From Psammoneis japonica (taxonomy: Eukaryota), in assembly GCA_008632985.1 (NCBI GenBank), contig QPGO01000060.1, forward strand, positions 1-64,000: 64,000 nt of DNA, in the 5' to 3' direction. Under the pieces are notes generated by a model. It had not been told where the DNA came from. It worked only from the letters and a program-made list of their open reading frames with translations, and did not search any database. Both the position numbers and the translations under genes were made by a program. Below, piece by piece: positions 51,071 through 62,556 of the stretch; position 1 is the stretch's first letter; each line of letters begins with the position of its first letter.

Positions 51071-51981
51071 ACTTGATGCTATCTACGTAGGTGCAAAACG
51101 GCATGTATTACTCGGTGAATCGGATGAAGGGTAGCGACATGTTCCTTCAAAGAGCGTATTCATTGTGGGTACTTACACTGTGAAAGTGATGTGGTTGGAC
51201 ATTCGCATAGGTGAAGTGACAAGAACGTGATTACTTGGGATGCGTTGTAAAACACCCGTCCAGTCGCATGCTTTGCATAGCGGCAACATTTTTTTTCAAA
51301 ATCTTCACTAAGCGTGTCCCAAGATGACGTTTGTTGTAAATATTTTGCGGACGATGCAACAAAGTGGAGTTTCGCTGGGGTGCCCAATAGTCTCCTTTTC
51401 ACTTGGGGTGCTATGGAATTGTGCATGCTTTCGCTGTCGCCAATTGCAGAAAGTGTCAGCGCGAAACAAAGCTTTGTCCCGCCTTTTTCTCCATGATTTA
51501 TGCCACCAACAGGTGTACAAATTTCGCCCTCTCTTTGGCAATCAAAAAGCGTTTTCGGCTTGTCCAAGTCTCGTTGACTCTCTTACCATGGTCAACGCAC
51601 TCCCATCGTCAACTCTTACTGACGCATGCTTCGACACATTTGTCTTTCAGACCAAATAGTCTTCCTAAGTGTTGGTCAACCGAAAGAGCCACTTAAGATG
51701 CACTTTCGCTGACACGCGACAGAGGTTTTGGCGCGTTTTTCACAAGCTAGAAATTTCGGTCGTCAGTCGCAAAAGGGACTGACTTGCTGAAGGACGAGCT
51801 TTGGAACAAGGCAAAAAGTGAGGGAGGTGTTTTTATGTAATAAGGAAACTGTACTGAGCCCTTTATGGGTGGCAGAGGGACAGAAACATTATATGACCTA
51901 ACATATCACAGTAGTAGGACCTACGTACAACACCAATTCCCCATCTCATCCATCAACCAACAGCACATGGCGCACCCGAGC

Positions 51982-53673
51982 TCAAAAGCGTCGTGCATTG
52001 TAATGTGGAGCCGACGAGGGCGCATAGTGACTCCCTTGTGCATAATAGCCATTGTGATGCGGAGTTGCTTCTCCTTCTCTTTCTTCCTCCTCGGATTCTT
52101 CATCCTCCTCATCGGAGGAAGGAACCCTCTTGAGCTGACCGGGCGATCTTCTCGTGCCGCCAGGACGAGACTCCCACACAAATTCAATCGAGTTTAATTT
52201 GGCAATTCTTTCTGGGTTCAATGATACCTTTTCTCCCTTCAAAAGTCTCTTGTACAGTCTTCGCTGCCGGTGCACAAACTCGCCAAGTTTCGGACACTTT
52301 TGAGGTACATGGCTGTGCCCATTCTCCTTGTAGTAGGCCTCCAGTTCCGCAAAGCGCTCTTCCCATGACCGCGGTTCCTTTCTGTTTTCTGGCTGAAATG
52401 GCGCAGTCCATACAAAGCCAAGCTCTGTCAATTTGTCGAACTGTTCTGCTGTGACATTCGTGGGCTTCCCTTGCTTCATCGCCGCATATTTTTCTCTCAT
52501 GAGGGAGACCCATCTACCGGAAGGGTGTCTACAAGGTGGATCGTTTCCGTTGTTATCCAGGCGGTACTTGATCCATCGGTCGAGACTTTCCTCAAATGTC
52601 AGCCTCTTTCTCATGCTAAAAACAAATCCAATGTCTGTTAGTCTCTGCATCTTGTTCGCATCGAGTTTCGATGGTTCGCCGCGTTGCAACTTGGTGTACT
52701 CCTTACGCTGCATCTCAACCCAAGAGCGCAAAGGATGCTTGTCGGGTACCTTGGTGTGATCGTTCTCGTCCTTGTACGCTTTAATTTCTTGAAAACGTTT
52801 CTCCCACCTCGCATCGGCATTCTTTTTCTTGGCCTGAATCCGTTCCTCGGTGTCTTCGCGAACTGCGGCGTCGGCCTTGCGTTTTCTCCCCCGCTTGGGT
52901 GCCAACTCCAGTCCCAGATCAACAAGCCGCTGTATGCGTTCTTGTGTCATTATCGGATCAGGTGTCGTGGCGGCTTTTCGAGCCATGGAGCGCGCTTTGG
53001 CTACCCAAGCGCCCAAACCCTTGAACTCTTCCTCTTCCATGAGGTTGTCATTCACGAGAACATTGCAGTGTCCATGCTTGTCTCGATATCGCCGAAGTAA
53101 TTTGAAGTTTTCTTCCCATTTGAGTTCTTTCTTTGTCAATCGCCTCTCAAACACAAAACCAAGTTCCCTTAGCAATTTTATCTTGTCTTCGTTCATGGTG
53201 CTCTCGCGCCCCAGCCGGCCCTCGAGAATGTCAATGAATCTTGTGTACTCCATGTGCTGTTGTTCCACCCAATTATAGAGAGATGACGAATCAACGGGTA
53301 TGTTGAAATGGTCATTGACTCGCTTAAACTCGGCAAGCTCAGAGTATTTCTTCTTCCAGTCTCGCTCAATCAGTCGGGAAATCGTCGGCAGTTCAGCCAT
53401 TGCTGCGGCAGAAAAATCGCTCTTCTTAGTGGCAGCTTCCTTCTTAGCTTCCTCCTTTGTCTTTGTTGCTGCTGCTTTTGCGACAATCTGGGCCACGACA
53501 GCTTCCATGGCAATTGTGTTGGGTGTCTTCGCTGGAGCAGTTGATGCGCCGGCCGGTTCAGCGGTAGGTGGCGTTGTTGTTGCAGCTGTTGCTGTCACTG
53601 CTGTCGTTTCGACTTCTTCTTCTTCTTCTGTTCGAGTGGCAGAGCTGCTGGGTGCAGACGTTGTTGACGACAT
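51982..53673 (-). CDS. Helicase-associated (HA) repeat protein, about 5 HA domains
   Basis: Repeated W-x-x-x-F/Y-x-x-L-x-x-Y/F-x(4)-H...L-x-x-WV-x-x-QR...L-x-x-LGF-x-W/F units (e.g. WEERFAELEAYYKENGHSHVP...LNSIEFVW). ATG at 53673. Confidence 0.9.
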   Translation of the reverse strand: MSSTTSAPSSSATRTEEEEEVETTAVTATAATTTPPTAEPAGASTAPAKTPNTIAMEAVVAQIVAKAAATKTKEEAKKEAATKKSDFSAAAMAELPTISRLIERDWKKKYSELAEFKRVNDHFNIPVDSSSLYNWVEQQHMEYTRFIDILEGRLGRESTMNEDKIKLLRELGFVFERRLTKKELKWEENFKLLRRYRDKHGHCNVLVNDNLMEEEEFKGLGAWVAKARSMARKAATTPDPIMTQERIQRLVDLGLELAPKRGRKRKADAAVREDTEERIQAKKKNADARWEKRFQEIKAYKDENDHTKVPDKHPLRSWVEMQRKEYTKLQRGEPSKLDANKMQRLTDIGFVFSMRKRLTFEESLDRWIKYRLDNNGNDPPCRHPSGRWVSLMREKYAAMKQGKPTNVTAEQFDKLTELGFVWTAPFQPENRKEPRSWEERFAELEAYYKENGHSHVPQKCPKLGEFVHRQRRLYKRLLKGEKVSLNPERIAKLNSIEFVWESRPGGTRRSPGQLKRVPSSDEEDEESEEEEREGEATPHHNGYYAQGSHYAPSSAPHYNARRF

Positions 53674-53879
53674 GATTACTGCTAAAGGGAGAGCAAAGAG
53701 AGACAGTTTCGACAAGATCTATCCGGAGCAGCAGAGCGTCATCGTGTTGGAGTGTGTCGTCGTTCGTCATGTGATGCGTCGCTGTTGCGTTTTGTTGCGG
53801 TGTGTCGTCATCTCACTTGGGCGATTGTGCTTCCGAAACAAGAGCGAACAAGCTGGCTGAGCAACTTTTTCCCTTTGAT

Positions 53880-56300
53880 TCTCTTCATCATGATGTGGAA
53901 CAGTTGAAAATGGCAATTGTCAATGCAGTTGCAGTTGCTGTCAAGAAGCTCAAGAGCCACAAGGAGGAGAAAACATGCACATGAGTGTTCGCTCTTCGCT
54001 CGCAAGACACCCTGGACCATCACTTTTTCTTCTTTTTTCGTCCTTTTCAAAAGTGAAGTCCTTGGATTGCTTGTGGATTGTTGCAATTGTGCAAGTTGCA
54101 TGTCTGCTTCAAGTGTGCCTGCTGTCAGCCACTCTAGAGATTAGAGAGGCAAGGCAGCATCATTGGCTCCACAACAACCCACTCACCAGGCCACAAAACA
54201 ACAAACGGGAAGAAGGCGGGTTCATCCCATGTCAGGTTGCACACAAAAAAGCTCACTTGCACTGTTGTCATGCCTCCATCATCAGCACAAGCAACATCCA
54301 ACCTGTTGGAAGGTGCTGGATGTGAAACTACAGTCTTCAGACATGTGGGTGTGATGCGCAGTTGACTGTCACAGCCCATCTCTCACAATCCTTTCCCACC
54401 CGCCCATTTGCCATTTTTTGTTGGGTCTCCTGAGAAAGCATGGTGAAGGGTGTTGTTGATTGTAGACCACAGCAATGCTCTGCATGTGTTGCAGTCACAC
54501 CACCAAAATGTCAGCTGTCAGATTCCCATGAAGAGTGCCGATGGCCTCAGTTCTTGTTGGGTCATTTTCCCAACAGAGAGTTCCCCGATGAACACTTGCG
54601 GTGTGTGGTGGTGTTCATGGTTTTTCTTCTCCTCAACAAAGCTCAAACCACATTTTTGGTTTCAATTTTGTGGTGACCCTCAAAATGACAGAAGCAAGTT
54701 GGAACATGAGCTTGACCCTTGAGAAGTCACAGATGACAAGGCAGGTGCACTCGCTCACAGGGTCACACAGAAAAAGGAGAATGAGTTCTCTTTGATGATG
54801 AAAAGTCCAAAGATGGCAGAGGAGATGAGCTTGACCTGAACAATGTGGGTGATTTGGTGAGACTTCTTGCATCTCATCATGCCAAGCACAACTCACAACC
54901 ATGCCAACTGGCAGCAGCACAGCTGGCATGGTGCAGGTGCTGCAAAACCTTGGAGATGCCACCTCAGCAAGTGAGTGTGCAAGCCCAGAGAGTGCCAAGC
55001 CTCCAGAGTGACAAACGGGACAATCAAAGCATTCCTCTCACAATGGGGAAAACCACAATCCAAGCTCACAACAAGCATGTCATGGGATGTTAAGTGGCAC
55101 ACCCAGTGCATGGCATGTGCATTTTTGAGCCCACCAAGCAGCCCAACAACCCCATGAGTGCTGGTGCACAAGGTGCCCTTGTGAGTTGTTTGGTGGCTTG
55201 CAACATTGCAGCTGTGGTTTGCTTTTGTAAGCAACTGGTGCAGTGGCCATGCAGCGCATTGCCCCTGCAATTTTGGCATGCCTTGTTCCCAGCTTCTGTG
55301 CTGGCTTTCCTTTTTTCCTTTTCTTCTTTGGCTTTTTTTGGTCAAGCAATCTGAAGGCATTCACACACAACCAAGCACACAGCCAAGTGCTGGGTGTTGA
55401 GCATCATTGACGAGGCTCTCCCAGGTGGTGGGGTGCTTTCTGTTTCCATCTGCAGCCCAAGCAACAGGAAAGAAGATTGGATTTCTTTTTGACAAAAGGG
55501 TCTGCACACATGCAGTGAGAGTGACAAGTTGCTGTGTGGAGCATCAGTGCTGCCAGTCATTGCGGAGTTGTTTGTGGCAGCAGCTGGTGGTGAGTGGCAA
55601 CAGCCACCCCAGTGGGATGACTGAAGGAGGTTGGGGTTGCTTTTTTTCTCAGCAGAGCAGTGCACACCAGAGCCATCGAGACGACCTTTGCATGGACACA
55701 GAGGCAAAGATTTGAGTGGAGAGCGGGCATCTGGCAGAGCAGCTTCCCAAAACAAGCACCTTGAGAATTGCCAGCCAATGGACGGTGTCTTGGCAATGAA
55801 AATTAGCCCAGGCAAGAGGAGCAGAGCTTCACACCATGGCTTGACACCCTCGGCATGCAACAGCCCGATGCCCAGCTGCAGAGTGCTGAGCCGCTGTGTG
55901 TCGGAAATTTTGACAATGTCAAAGCTGTGTCACAAAACCACAGCACCCAATGTGCCAGAGGATCACAGCACAAAAAAATTGGCAGCCATTGACAGGAGGA
56001 TGCACCACCACACCACTGCCAATGAGTTGCAGGGTGTGCTCAAGGAGCTCCACACAGACTGCTCCCATCCACCACATGCTCCTTGTTCGGCACACCAGGT
56101 GGTGCTTCCAGCTCTTGGAGAGCAGCACACCTCAAAACAGTCCCACAGGAGATTGGTCCACTGCATGAAGAGGCTGAGTGTCACCAGGAGAGCTTCTTGT
56201 GGGTGAGGAGGAGTTGCTGCAACATGACACACACTGCAAAAGTTCTGGTTGGGCAGAACACGGGAGGTCACTCGTCTGCGTTGTCGGTTTGTCGGGGGGC
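53880..56300. repeat. Unclassified TpA/CpG-depleted decayed repeat island
   Basis: Near absence of TA and CG, many overlapping Cys/His/Gln-rich spurious ORFs, no recognisable domain. Confidence 0.55.
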
Positions 56301-56481
56301 CTGTGATGTACATCATCCATCTGAGCCTGTGTCCTGTTGGTGTCTCCATGTAAAAAAGTTCGTCCTGAAGTTGGTTCCCGTGCAAAGTGGATCGAGCACC
56401 ACCGAATCTGTCTGCGCTTCGAATTCCGGCGCGATGCGCGGTGCAACAAAACTGTGCAGAAAGGCAGAAATCTCTTTGTTC

Positions 56482-59400
56482 ATGACCATGTCGCCGTCCA
56501 AACGCCAGGAGCAGAGCAGCGTTGCTGCCTCCCCAAGAAAGCAACCGCCTACCTCTACCGGTAGTATCAAACCAAAGAGAAGGGTTGGTTCATCCAGCAA
56601 GAAGAAGCGACGACAATTGGGAAGCATTCTGGATCAGCCGCAACACGCTGCCAATGCGATAAGTGATCGTGCTGCTCATCCATACAGCGGCAATCCGGAC
56701 GACTCTGATAGCATGAGTCAGAGTCTTGTAAGATCTTCTCCACGCAAGAGTGTTGGATCAACAGCGTCAAAAAGGAGCGCCACTACTTATTCTACTTCGA
56801 GTCCAAAGAAGCAACAGAAAAGTACCGTTCCCACGAAAATTGCAGAAAGATCGCATGTTGCTCAAGAGCACGGCGGTATTTACAATGATCCACCCGATAG
56901 CAGCCATAATTCATCCATACCACCAACGAAACGAAGCAAGTTGCCCTTACAGTCTTTCAATGAGTCCACAAAGCGAAGAAAAAAGCGCGTAGCACACAAG
57001 TCTGTCCTTACAACAAAAGTCGTTGCAAAGGAAAGCACAAATTCTCCCGCAATGAAAAAGGCACGCACCTCACTCGATTCTACGGCTTTCACCAAATCAG
57101 CGTCACATGCGAAGCCAATCTTGACGATTGAGGATGATGATTCAAGCGACGAGGAAGACGAGGATACTTTTTCTCCTGAGCGAGCTCGTCTCGCCTTGCA
57201 TGCGTCAAGCCCAATCAAACGAAAACGATCAAGCACGAGCCCCGTCAAGAACTCACGTATCCCATCCAGTCCTGCAAGAGAAGCAGAAGCGCCAAGTCCC
57301 AAGAAGCTACGCTCGCCTGTCAAAGTGAACAGGAGTATCGCTAGCCCGAAAAAGCCACGGACTCCCGCAAGAACCAAGCAGGAGGAAACAAGGCATAAAC
57401 GCGCAAGTCCCAAGAAACTCGTATTGCCACCAAAGCAAAAATCTATACTGCAAGACGAATCTGAGACGGTTTCTTTACACCAACTAAAGTCGTACTGTTG
57501 GTCCTGTCACGTTTCGCTCAAGCAAGAGCCTGGTTCGTACAACGCCATGCACACCCACCCGCTCCTGGAAGTACCCACGTGCTGCGTATGCTGTGACGCC
57601 GTTTATCAAATCGACTCGGACTCACACTGCAGCGGCTGTGGCGTTGCGGACGACGAGGATACTCTCTTGTTTTATTTGTGTGACTCGTGTCCACGAGCCT
57701 TTTGCGAGACTTGTGTCGCGCAGGCACACAATGCCACGACTCCTACCAGCCGCGCCGCATTCTTGTCGTCCCTCCAACACAGCACGGAGGAGTGGTCTTG
57801 TATTCATTGCGCCGTTCCGCCTGGCTTGAAGCAATTGCAGCAGGTACTGGCCGATGCCAATGAAAATGAAACGGACGAGCCAAAAGCATTAGTGACTATT
57901 TTGGATGAGCTTCAGTCGGCAGAAGAGGAGCTTGAACGTTGTGAATCTACCGACACGCCAGAATTTTCAAACAAGAAGCGGGAAGAAATCAGAAAAGAAG
58001 TCGCGCCCAACCATCCAGTCGAGGATGTGGAGGATATTGTAGATGAAGAATTGGAACGCTTTGAAAAGCTCTGGTCGGACCATCACGCTCGTGTTGCCGA
58101 CTATGTCTTGGCACTTCAAGAGACTGTCGATGCGCGACTACATGAGGAATGTGGCAAGACCTTGTTGGAATTCTACAAGGCTCGTTCAGGATCTCAAGAG
58201 AGCCAGATTGAGCCCGAATGGAAAGCAAAGGCTGATCAAGAATTGGATGCACAAGACAAGGAACTCGGTCGAGAAAAGGGCAAGGTTCCGGGCGGTATGA
58301 CGCAGTCGAACTCGAATATCTATGAACAGGATGTAGATGATCAAGAGTCTATTGAAGATATTTGTACATTGGAGGAATCTCTCGATGTTGTCAAAGATGG
58401 AGGGGCTCCAAACCAGTGGCGGAGCCAAGCGGTAGCACCCGAATCATACGACAGTCGCGTCAAGAGCATTCGGCGCGCGTTGCATTGCGAAGATCAAATG
58501 CTAAAGGAACTCAAGATTGGAGTCCGAGAACGAAAAGACACTGCTGATGCCGCCGAGGAGCAAAGGGAGCAACGACGCAGCGTCTCGGGAGGAGTTCGAC
58601 GAGATGAAATGTTGCTACTGCGACAACTTCGCAAGGCTCGAGAGTCAACCACTACGGTTGCTCATGCAAGGGCTAGTAGTGGGGGGGAGCACGGGTCAGT
58701 TACAATGTCTGAAAGCCCCGCTCGACAAAGTGTGTCTACTGCTAGTAGCAAGTCTCCAGCACGTGAAAAGAAGCGCATCGAACCAGAGATGGTCTCAGCT
58801 GGTAGAAAGGAAACCACTATGACTGCATCTGCGAGGTTAGCTCACAATGAACAGGGAATGTGCGACGGCGAGTCTGATTTAGTCTTGACTCCACCCAATG
58901 GGAAGCGAATCGTTTCTGTGCACTCGGATTTAGCGAAGCAAATGAAGGAGGTAAGAACTTCGCATCGTATGCTGCACTGCTATATCCCGAAATCCTAGTT
59001 TTCCTCACTCGAAAGAACTGTTTTGATTATGTTTCTCTCATTTCAGCACCAAATAGATGGGATCAAATTCATGTGGGACAACGTTTGCTGTGACTTTTCT
59101 GCAATGTCCGAAGATGAACTAACAGAGGCAAAGGCAGACGGCAATGAAGCCTCGGTTGGCGGATGTATCCTTGCACACAGTATGGGACTTGGCAAGAGTC
59201 TCCAAGCCATTGCGTTGCTTCATACCTTACTTCATCACCCTTCTTTGACGGTGTCCGATACCCCTCTGATTCGAACCGCGCTTCTCGTTGTCCCAACCAA
59301 TACCGTACGTATCACCCAATCGGGTCGACTATTGCTTTGCTGCCCACGATCTACTTTCTTATGCATTGTCCTATTCTTGTTCTTTGCGCTAGTTGTCAAA

Positions 59401-62256
59401 TTGGGAGAGCGAATTCCGAAAGTGGGTGGGATCTCTCCGGCCCGGCACAAGCCCTTTCAATTTGAATGACGTGAACAAGTCTTCTCGTGCTAAAACGATC
59501 TCAGATTGGCACAACAGAGGTGGTGTGCTTCTTGTGAGTAAACTCTACCTACTTTGAAACCGCTCTTGTCTATGTTCTTCTCACGAATGTGACTATTATA
59601 TGCCAGGTGACGAATAAGCTCTATTCGGGAATAGTTCACTCACCGAATAAAATCATCAAGGAGGGTAAGCTTTTGTCTATCGTCGCATAGTCTAGCGTAA
59701 TTGATATGCTCATGCTAACGATTCTGAATGCATCGGCGCCTCCAGCTCTTCAATCTCCTGGACCTGACATCGTGGTTTTAGACGAAGCTCATCAGATGAT
59801 AAGGAGCTCTACTACAAAAATTTACAAGGGGCTGAAAGCGATCAAGACGAAGCGCCGCATCGCGCTCACCGGGACGCCAGTCCAGAACAACTTACTTGAG
59901 TACTATCACATGGCCTCTTGGGTGCGTCCGGGCTGTCTTGGTAATGAATCATCAGCCTTTATAAGAGAGTTTGCTGAGCCCATCAAACATGGAATGGCGT
60001 CTGACGCTACTGCGATCGCCAAACATTATCAACAGAGACAATCGAAAGTGTTGCACGACAAGTTATCGCACTTTGTGCACCGGCGAGATAACTCCGCTCT
60101 GAAAAAAGCCCTTCCATTTATGCAGCAAGCTGTCATTCACGTCCGCCAAACGAAACTGCAGGCAAGGCTCTTTCGGACCTTCAACCGCTCTAGAAAGTCC
60201 AAATCCTTTTTGGACGCTTATGCCAAGCTCAAACCTGTTCTCAATCATCCCGGATGTTTATTGATGCGTGGGGCCGAAGCCAGGAAAGGGAGTCCTAAGC
60301 CTGCAGCAGTCGTCGCACAGCCCAGTGAAGTGGCTGAAGCGAAGACTGAACGGGCCACATCGCCCACAAACCAGACCCTCGATACTAGTGATACTCATAC
60401 CAGTATCCCCGTGATTGACCTACTCAGCGATTCAGAGGAGGACATTGTACAGAATGAGCCGTGTATTCCCAAGACCGATAGGGCGTTTGGCGCAGGTGCT
60501 AGTAGTGACAGCGAAAAGGACGAATGCGGGGCTCATTGGTGGGACAACGTGGCAGCGGAAAAAGGACGGACAGACATGCTGAAGGTGGAACACGGATACA
60601 AAGTTGTTCTCCTTCTTAATATTTTGTCACATGCAGAGGAAATCGGAGAAAAGGTTGTCGTTTTCAGCAAATGCTTGAAAACGCTTGACTATTTGGAGAC
60701 GGTGTTGCAGGATGAATGGGAATTCCGTGGAAAGACTCACGGTGGCTGGCGGAAAAACAAGGAATACTTGAGAATCGACGGTAAGCTATTGTGCGATCGC
60801 AAACTTCTGTTGCACTTCGGTGTTCTGTCTAACGTTTTATCGCACTTGCCCCAATTATTAGGCGCCGTGGATGCAACTGAACGTGGCACCCTTGTCGATT
60901 CCTTCAATGATTCCAATGATGTGATCAGCACCAGCAAAGTTTTTCTTATCTCAATTGATGCCGGTGGTGTGGGAATCACCCTGACGGCGGCCAACAGAGT
61001 AGTGCTTATAGATGCCCACTGGAATCCGGCCGTCATGTCACAAGCGCTGCATCGGTGTTATCGATACGGACAGACTCGACCCGTTTTTGTGTACCGTTTC
61101 ATCACTGAAGGCTCCATTGAGGAGAAAATATACTCACGATCGGTGAACAAAGGTTGTTTGGCAGCAAGGGTGATTGATCAACATAACCCCGATAACTCCT
61201 TCTCAGAACGAGAACTATATATTCAATTACAGAACGATCTATGGGTTTGTTGCGACGACTGCAACAAATGGCGAATGCTCCCTCCCTCAGATGCAGCCGA
61301 AGAGGAGGGAAATTTACCCGAGAAGTGGTATTGTCGCTTGAACCCGGACAAGGTAAATTGAGAGTTTTTTTTTTATCCTGTTTATCCTTTCATTTTATTC
61401 TAAGACTGCCGGTTCGTCGCTTTTGCTTGTAAAGGCGAACTCGACTTGCGACGCGGAGGAGAGGCCGCAAGCTTGGTATGCTCACCATTTTGCTGGAAAC
61501 CTTGACTGCAATGAAAATGGGACAGAACCTTCGGATACGCCCGCTGCAATGTCGGACGAGAAGAAGAATTCGTTAGTGGAACGTGACGAGATTCTAAGCC
61601 GCCTACTTTCATTTGGTAGTGGCGGAGGTGCGAACGAAGAACGGCATCGATCAATGATTGCCAAGCACTACTTTCACGATGCTCTTCTAGAAGATCGAGG
61701 CAACCAGAACGATGATGATATCAAGCCAAGATCGACTCCAAACGGTGCTAAGCCTGCCGTTGCGACAACCACTCTTGAGTCGTCGAATGAATTTGATGTC
61801 GACAATGAAAGCACAGACGTCGCAAACGTGACTGAAGCGACAATGTTGGAGACAGATGACTCGCTCTCCGCTCCACAACTCAACGCCACTTCTAATAAAT
61901 CCGGCCATACCGGTGTCACAGATGTTTTCAAAGCGGAATCGGATGGCTCTGGTTACGACTCGTCTCGCCCTTCGGGACCCCGCCTGCGAGAAAACACTGA
62001 CATGAAACAAGAAAACGTGACGCCAGAGTCGGACAGCACAACCGCAGCGCGAGGTCTTCTTCAGATTCCCGGCGAAGCAACAACCTCAAAAACTGCAGAC
62101 AGCAGTGCCACTGTTTGTGAAGAAACAACTGCTGCGTCTCACAAGAATCTCGCATCGGATGATCATGAGGAGCAGACGAAGCAAGAAAACCATCTACCAC
62201 CAAGTGGCTCCGAGGAGTGCCCCATTGTAGTCCTCTCGGATTCTGACTCTGATTGA
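56482..62256 (+). CDS. ATRX: ATRX-like SNF2 chromatin remodeller with ADD domain and C-terminal CW zinc finger, ~7 exons
   Basis: ADD-like CWSC...HPLLEVPTCCVC...CSGC...LCDSCPRAFCETC...WSCIHC. SNF2 motifs HQIDGIKFMWDN, GCILAHSMGLGKS, VVLDEAH, RIALTGTPVQNNLLEY, KVVVFS, YLRIDG, GITLTAANRVV, WNPA...RCYRYGQ. CW finger WVCCDDCNKWR...PEKWYC...CDAEE. Introns at ~58951-59046, 59305-59392, 59535-59606, 59665-59745, 60782-60861, 61353-61434. Confidence 0.9.
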
Positions 62257-62556
62257 ATGAAACAATGAAATGACGGATGAAGCTGCGTGGACGGGACTCT
62301 CTGTGTGGTGCTGACTTGTGACGCGCTTCTATTATTCTAAGGAAAAACATAGTACGTAGCATCGCCTTCGGGCAATCAAAAACACAAAGCGCCTTCAGAT
62401 TACCAAAAAATTGTTTCAAAGTACCGTCGTCTATGAACTGTCTTTGCACTAACAGCCGCGTTGAACTAGATGGAGTTCACTCCCATCCTGAAAGGTAGAT
62501 CTTAGTCTCATACTCTACAATGTGACCCAACTTCGGAGGAAGCGACCATTATGCAC

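Noticed and set aside
51160..51700. Short ORFs between the ankyrin-like remnant and the HA gene
   Set aside because: No recognisable motif or consistent exon structure.
56083..56481. N-terminal part of the 971-aa ORF
   Set aside because: Begins in the stop-depleted repeat island; the real start is more likely ATG 56482 or 56488.
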